A stretch of DNA of 59,679 nt, counting the filler, from Nitrospirota bacterium (GTDB taxonomy: Bacteria > JACPQY01): the NCBI GenBank assembly GCA_016180645.1. It is 5 parts of 5 records of this genome, joined end to end, with 100 filler letters (N's around TTAATTAATTAA, not from the genome) between each part and the next. Parts side by side here need not be neighbours in the genome. Positions count along the whole stretch, not along the records: positions 52,920 to 59,679 come from JACPAV010000056.1; 4 more parts are not named here. One strand, 5' to 3'. Within the stretch, counting starts at the first letter, position 1. Each line of letters opens with the position of its first letter. Shown one piece after another: positions 55,901 to 59,679 of this stretch. Under the pieces are notes generated by a model. That model was not told the DNA's origin, made no database searches, and saw nothing but the letters and a program-made list of their open reading frames with translations. The position numbers and the translations under genes were made by a program.

Positions 55901-58364
55901 AGATATCGCACCATTCGTTCATGTACTCTTGGAGATCGAGCGTCACAACCATGCGGTCGATGTTGAAGTAGGCTTGCTTTCCGGGGTAGCCGACCGTATC
56001 GGAAGTGATTTGCGGGATTGTGGCGGAGGCCCAATCGCTCTGACCGGGGAGGCTTGTATCCGTGTCGCCGCCTGAGCCTCCGTAGTCGTTGGAATACCAG
56101 TGCGTCTGGCTTCCGCTCCTTGAGCACCAGTAGGTGTCCACCTCCGCGTCGCCTCCGCTCGGGGGACCGTAAGAGCAGGAATCCGAGTTTCGGTCGCCGC
56201 TGTTCCAGTTGTACGTGTTGGTGCCGGCCGCGGGGATTCGGGATTGAGAGCCTGCGCAGTAGTAGGTGGCGGAGCCTGCGGTGTGATCCACCACCGTCAC
56301 GGCGCCGGCGTCATCATCATTATCGGTTTGGGAGAACGTGGCGGACACCGAGTAGGAGGTTGCGCTGTCCAGAATGTTTGCGGTGTAGTTCACGGTGTTG
56401 AGTGCGAGCGTGTCGGCCGCGGGTCCGCAATCGTCGTCATAGGTGTATGGACCGGCGTGGGCTGCGCCGGTGGCGTAGAGGCCGGCGTTGTCCACGGAAC
56501 GGACGTGGAAGTACATGGGGCCGGAGTCGGTCATTGTGGCGGTCACGCTGGTGGCGGTCGTCCAGTTGTCGCCGGACGTCGGCACCGTTGTGGCGCTGTT
56601 GTCTATTTTCCACCGGTAGCCTTGGATGCCGGAGGTGTCGGAGGCGCCCGACCACGACATGTCGTTTGTGTTGTCGGAGTTGGAGCAGCCGCTGACGGTG
56701 TGACTGCTGCTGGAGACGCTGGAGGGGTTCGTGGGCGGCGTTGTGTCTTTGTTGTACCAGTATTTCACTTTGATGGCGGTGCCGTCGAAGTATTGTTGAA
56801 CGTTGCCCCCGCCGTCCGTGGCGCGGACACAATAGTCGTCAATCCCCTCGGCTGCGGTGGACCACCCGTTGAAGGCTGAGAGGGTGGTGCTCTGGCTCCC
56901 GGACCACGCGGAGGCCCAGCCGGCGTTATCGCAGTCCTTATCCACCTCAACGAGTGTGAGATTGGTCCGATTTCCGGCGGCATCGTCCCATGAGGTGGTC
57001 TCGCTGTTTGGGTTGGTTGTGATTGCGACGGTTGCGCCGGGATCGGATGTGTAGGGGCCGTAGGTGCGGTCGTATTCAACCTGGGTGGCGGTGTAGCTGG
57101 GGTCGGCGCAGAGGTTATCGGCTTCGTAGAGCTCCACTTTGATCCGTCCCGTTGAATTCCACGGACTCCAAACGTTGTCGGACTGGGCATCGCAACAGCA
57201 CGCGAAGCAGCCGCACCCGGAATTCCACTGGGTGGTGTCGTCGAACTCGAAGATGTCCACCGGCCAGGCATCCATATCCGTCCTTTGCGCGGCGGAGAAA
57301 TAGACCCTGGAGCGTGTGGGCGTCTGGCCGTACGAGAGCGGATAGTAGACGGTCAGGCACCACCCGCCGGTGCAGGACCGGCTGTCCGAGATCGTTTCGA
57401 TGTGGTGCATGGTGGGGGGTGTCTGGTCTACTGCGAAACCGGTCGAGTCCGTTCTTGCCGATCCTGGATCGTGGTAATTCGCGGTGGCGCCGGAACCGCA
57501 ATCCCGAAGCACGGTTGCTGACCACGTTGATAGGTCATTGTTTCTTGCACGCACAGACCAGTAATACCTTCCCTGGGGGAAAGTGTAGGTTACGGTCTTG
57601 CTCGTACTCGTGCCATTGCTTGTCCACCCGATCGTTTCGCAACCACCCGCTGTCGTTCCGATGCAATATTGATAGTCATAAATCCCGGTGTTCGAATCGC
57701 TCGACGTTCCCCATGAGGCCGATGTACTGGTCACACTGCCATATACCTGTCCCGATTCAGTGACCGTCAACGAACTGGGCGTTGACGGACCCGTATCGTC
57801 ACAGTAGTAACTCTTATAATCTATCGTTACTGAATCGGGGCAGTCGCCATCACCATCGCCGCAATTGGCAACCCCTGTATCGGTAGCCGCGGAAGTACGC
57901 CATGAGTTATCAGCATAGCCCGTAAGGGTTATGCCTCCAAGGCAACTGTCCCAATCGCTTGAGTCACCACTCCATGTCGCTATCGTGCTGTCTTGATCTC
58001 TAACTTTTGTTTGAACATTTACAGAGCCGGAAACCGCGGCGGTACTATTGAACCAGGTATTGAACGCATTGCTGCTCCCCGGATCCCATGCCGTGGGTGT
58101 ATATTGATCCGCGGTTTCACTCCCGACTCTTAGGATCACGTAGGGGTCTGAATTATCGAGGAAACCATCACAGTCACCGATAGAGTTTACGGTTCCTACC
58201 TCAAAGTAGAATTTTATTGCCGCCTGCGCATCTCCAACGAGAACACAAGCGGTTAATGCAAGAACAGATCCAGGGACGAGAAACCATCTCGAATCCATTT
58301 TCATTTGGGCAAGACGCTTCAGGTAGGGACGAAAAACCTCCAAGACGCGGCAGATGTCTCTCAC
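52920..58364 (-). CDS. giant secreted Cys/Thr/Asp-rich surface protein with FN3/Ig domains, 3'-truncated by the contig end
   Basis: signal peptide (start may be 58304), YYWSVRARN, four EGDTAATYYD repeats, FN3 YCYQMRSKD. Confidence 0.85.
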
Positions 58365-59272
58365 CTCTTGATCTCCAGGTCGTCGAACAGGGCGCCGTCG
58401 ATGGTGGCTTCCAGGGGTTTGGCGTTCGGGCCGGCCATGGTGCCCATGGAGAAGACGGGTTTCGGAATCATCACGTTTTCTTCTCCGGCCACCTGACTGC
58501 CATCCACGAACATTTTCACCTTGAATGCGACGGGGTCGTAGACGATCCGGTAGCGGTGCCAGCTCCCGCGGGTGATGGATCGAACGATTCGGGGGACGGC
58601 CGGTGCGATCCCACCGGTTCTTCGGACGGGCGGTTCCCCTTCCGGAGGCGTGTCAATCGAGGGTGGAGCCCCAAAGACGGGAGGCGAAATCCGGTCCACC
58701 ATCACCATGACCTGCTCTGGGAACACGAGGAAAGAAACGCCGGTCTTGCTTACGGTATCAACAAGTGCGACCAAACCCGCCGGGGGGATGGACGGAGCTT
58801 GCGGGCTCGGAAGGGGATTCTCCGTCCGGAGCACGGGGTCGGGAATGATCGTGTTCAGCAGACTTGGGAGGGTTGCGGACATTCGGTGGGAAACCTGGAT
58901 GTCGATGATCGTTTCCGGATCGGCTTTGACCGTTTGCGATACGATGAGCTTGTCCTTGGCTGAGACGGCGCCGGAGATTTCCAGCTTTCCGTCTCTGACT
59001 TCGTACTTGAGTTGATTTTCACTTTTTGTGGTGGTCGAAATGTTCTGGGCGATTTTCCATCCGCCCTCCTCGGCGCCGTCTCCGAGCACGAGGTCGGTGT
59101 CAAAGCTTTCGTGCGAGACGGTTTGGGGTTCCTTGGCTTTCTTGGAGCATCCGACGATCGAGTTGGAGAAGAAGAGCAGGAGAACAACAAGCGCGGTGGA
59201 GCGGGGAATCCAGGTGCGGCCTTGAGAGAGGTAGAGTGTTGTTGGGCCAGGTAGAAGTTGCCTTATGTTCAT
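58361..59272 (-). CDS. lipoprotein with beta-rich, lectin/ConA-like C-terminus
   Basis: lipobox IVGC; WHRYRIVYD....MFVDG...FDDLEI. Confidence 0.7.
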   Translation of the reverse strand: MNIRQLLPGPTTLYLSQGRTWIPRSTALVVLLLFFSNSIVGCSKKAKEPQTVSHESFDTDLVLGDGAEEGGWKIAQNISTTTKSENQLKYEVRDGKLEISGAVSAKDKLIVSQTVKADPETIIDIQVSHRMSATLPSLLNTIIPDPVLRTENPLPSPQAPSIPPAGLVALVDTVSKTGVSFLVFPEQVMVMVDRISPPVFGAPPSIDTPPEGEPPVRRTGGIAPAVPRIVRSITRGSWHRYRIVYDPVAFKVKMFVDGSQVAGEENVMIPKPVFSMGTMAGPNAKPLEATIDGALFDDLEIKR

Positions 59273-59535
59273 TCAGTTTCTCGTTTGCCGTTCTTTCTGT
59301 GGAATCTGTGTACACTGTGAGCCAACTAGCACCCCTGTGTCAAGGAACTGGCTCACGATTTTTTTTGGAAATGTGATTTTCATCACATTGCCGTCTCATT
59401 GAGAGTAACTATGTTGACTGTCTCAGTCCACATTAGGCGGACATGGTCTTGGATCGAGTGTGGAATTCGATGATTTCGATCCGTTCCACCGGGGTGATTC
59501 GGCGCCGCCAGGATCGGGAGTGGATCGCGGGACGG

Positions 59536-59679
59536 CTACTTATTGTTTGCGATGATGGGGAGGTAGAAGACTTTTCCGGAGTCGGTGCCGATGGCGAGGC
59601 GCACGTCTGCGCCGTTGGTTCGGAGGGCGACGGTGGAGCAGAGGCTGGTGCCGAGGCCGAAGGGGAATCCGGCGCGTCG
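59536..59679 (-). CDS. 3' end of an upstream gene (beta-propeller-like terminus), partial
   Basis: manual translation RRAGFPFGLG...LAIGTDSGKVFYLPIIANNK*. Confidence 0.6.
   Translation of the reverse strand, partial: RRAGFPFGLGTSLCSTVALRTNGADVRLAIGTDSGKVFYLPIIANNK

Overview
GC-rich bacterial sequence, probably a metagenome-assembled genome. It consists of five contigs joined by artificial N/TTAATTAATTAA linkers (11289-11388, 29738-29837, 42281-42380, 52820-52919), so adjacency across linkers means nothing. Contig 1: an AbrB/RelE-like toxin-antitoxin pair, a XerC/D-type recombinase whose 3' end is duplicated 1.8 kb downstream, an AAA_14 ATPase and a 1919-aa Ig/Kelch lipoprotein. The cargo between the two recombinase 3' ends includes an apparently circularly permuted DIP1984-like gene followed by a candidate ~200-nt structured RNA. 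Contig 2: an SDR enoyl-reductase, an ExeA-TPR-PilMNO(P) operon, a tRNA-Val cut by a heptamer array next to a chimeric integrase remnant, Phd/VapC, a Kelch-like protein and a 1968-aa Gly-rich membrane repeat protein. Contig 3: an F-type T4SS-like operon (giant TraU fusion, TraK, TraB, TraV, secretin-like gene) interleaved with four-helix-bundle genes that are flanked by inverted heptamer arrays. Contig 4: a tandem [A-B]n array of a giant clan GH-A-like protein and beta-propeller lipoproteins, built from near-identical DNA blocks alternating with variable blocks. Contig 5: a second giant surface protein sharing a 4-Cys ~100-aa repeat with the contig-1 giant. All family calls come from motif recognition by eye; no searches were run.
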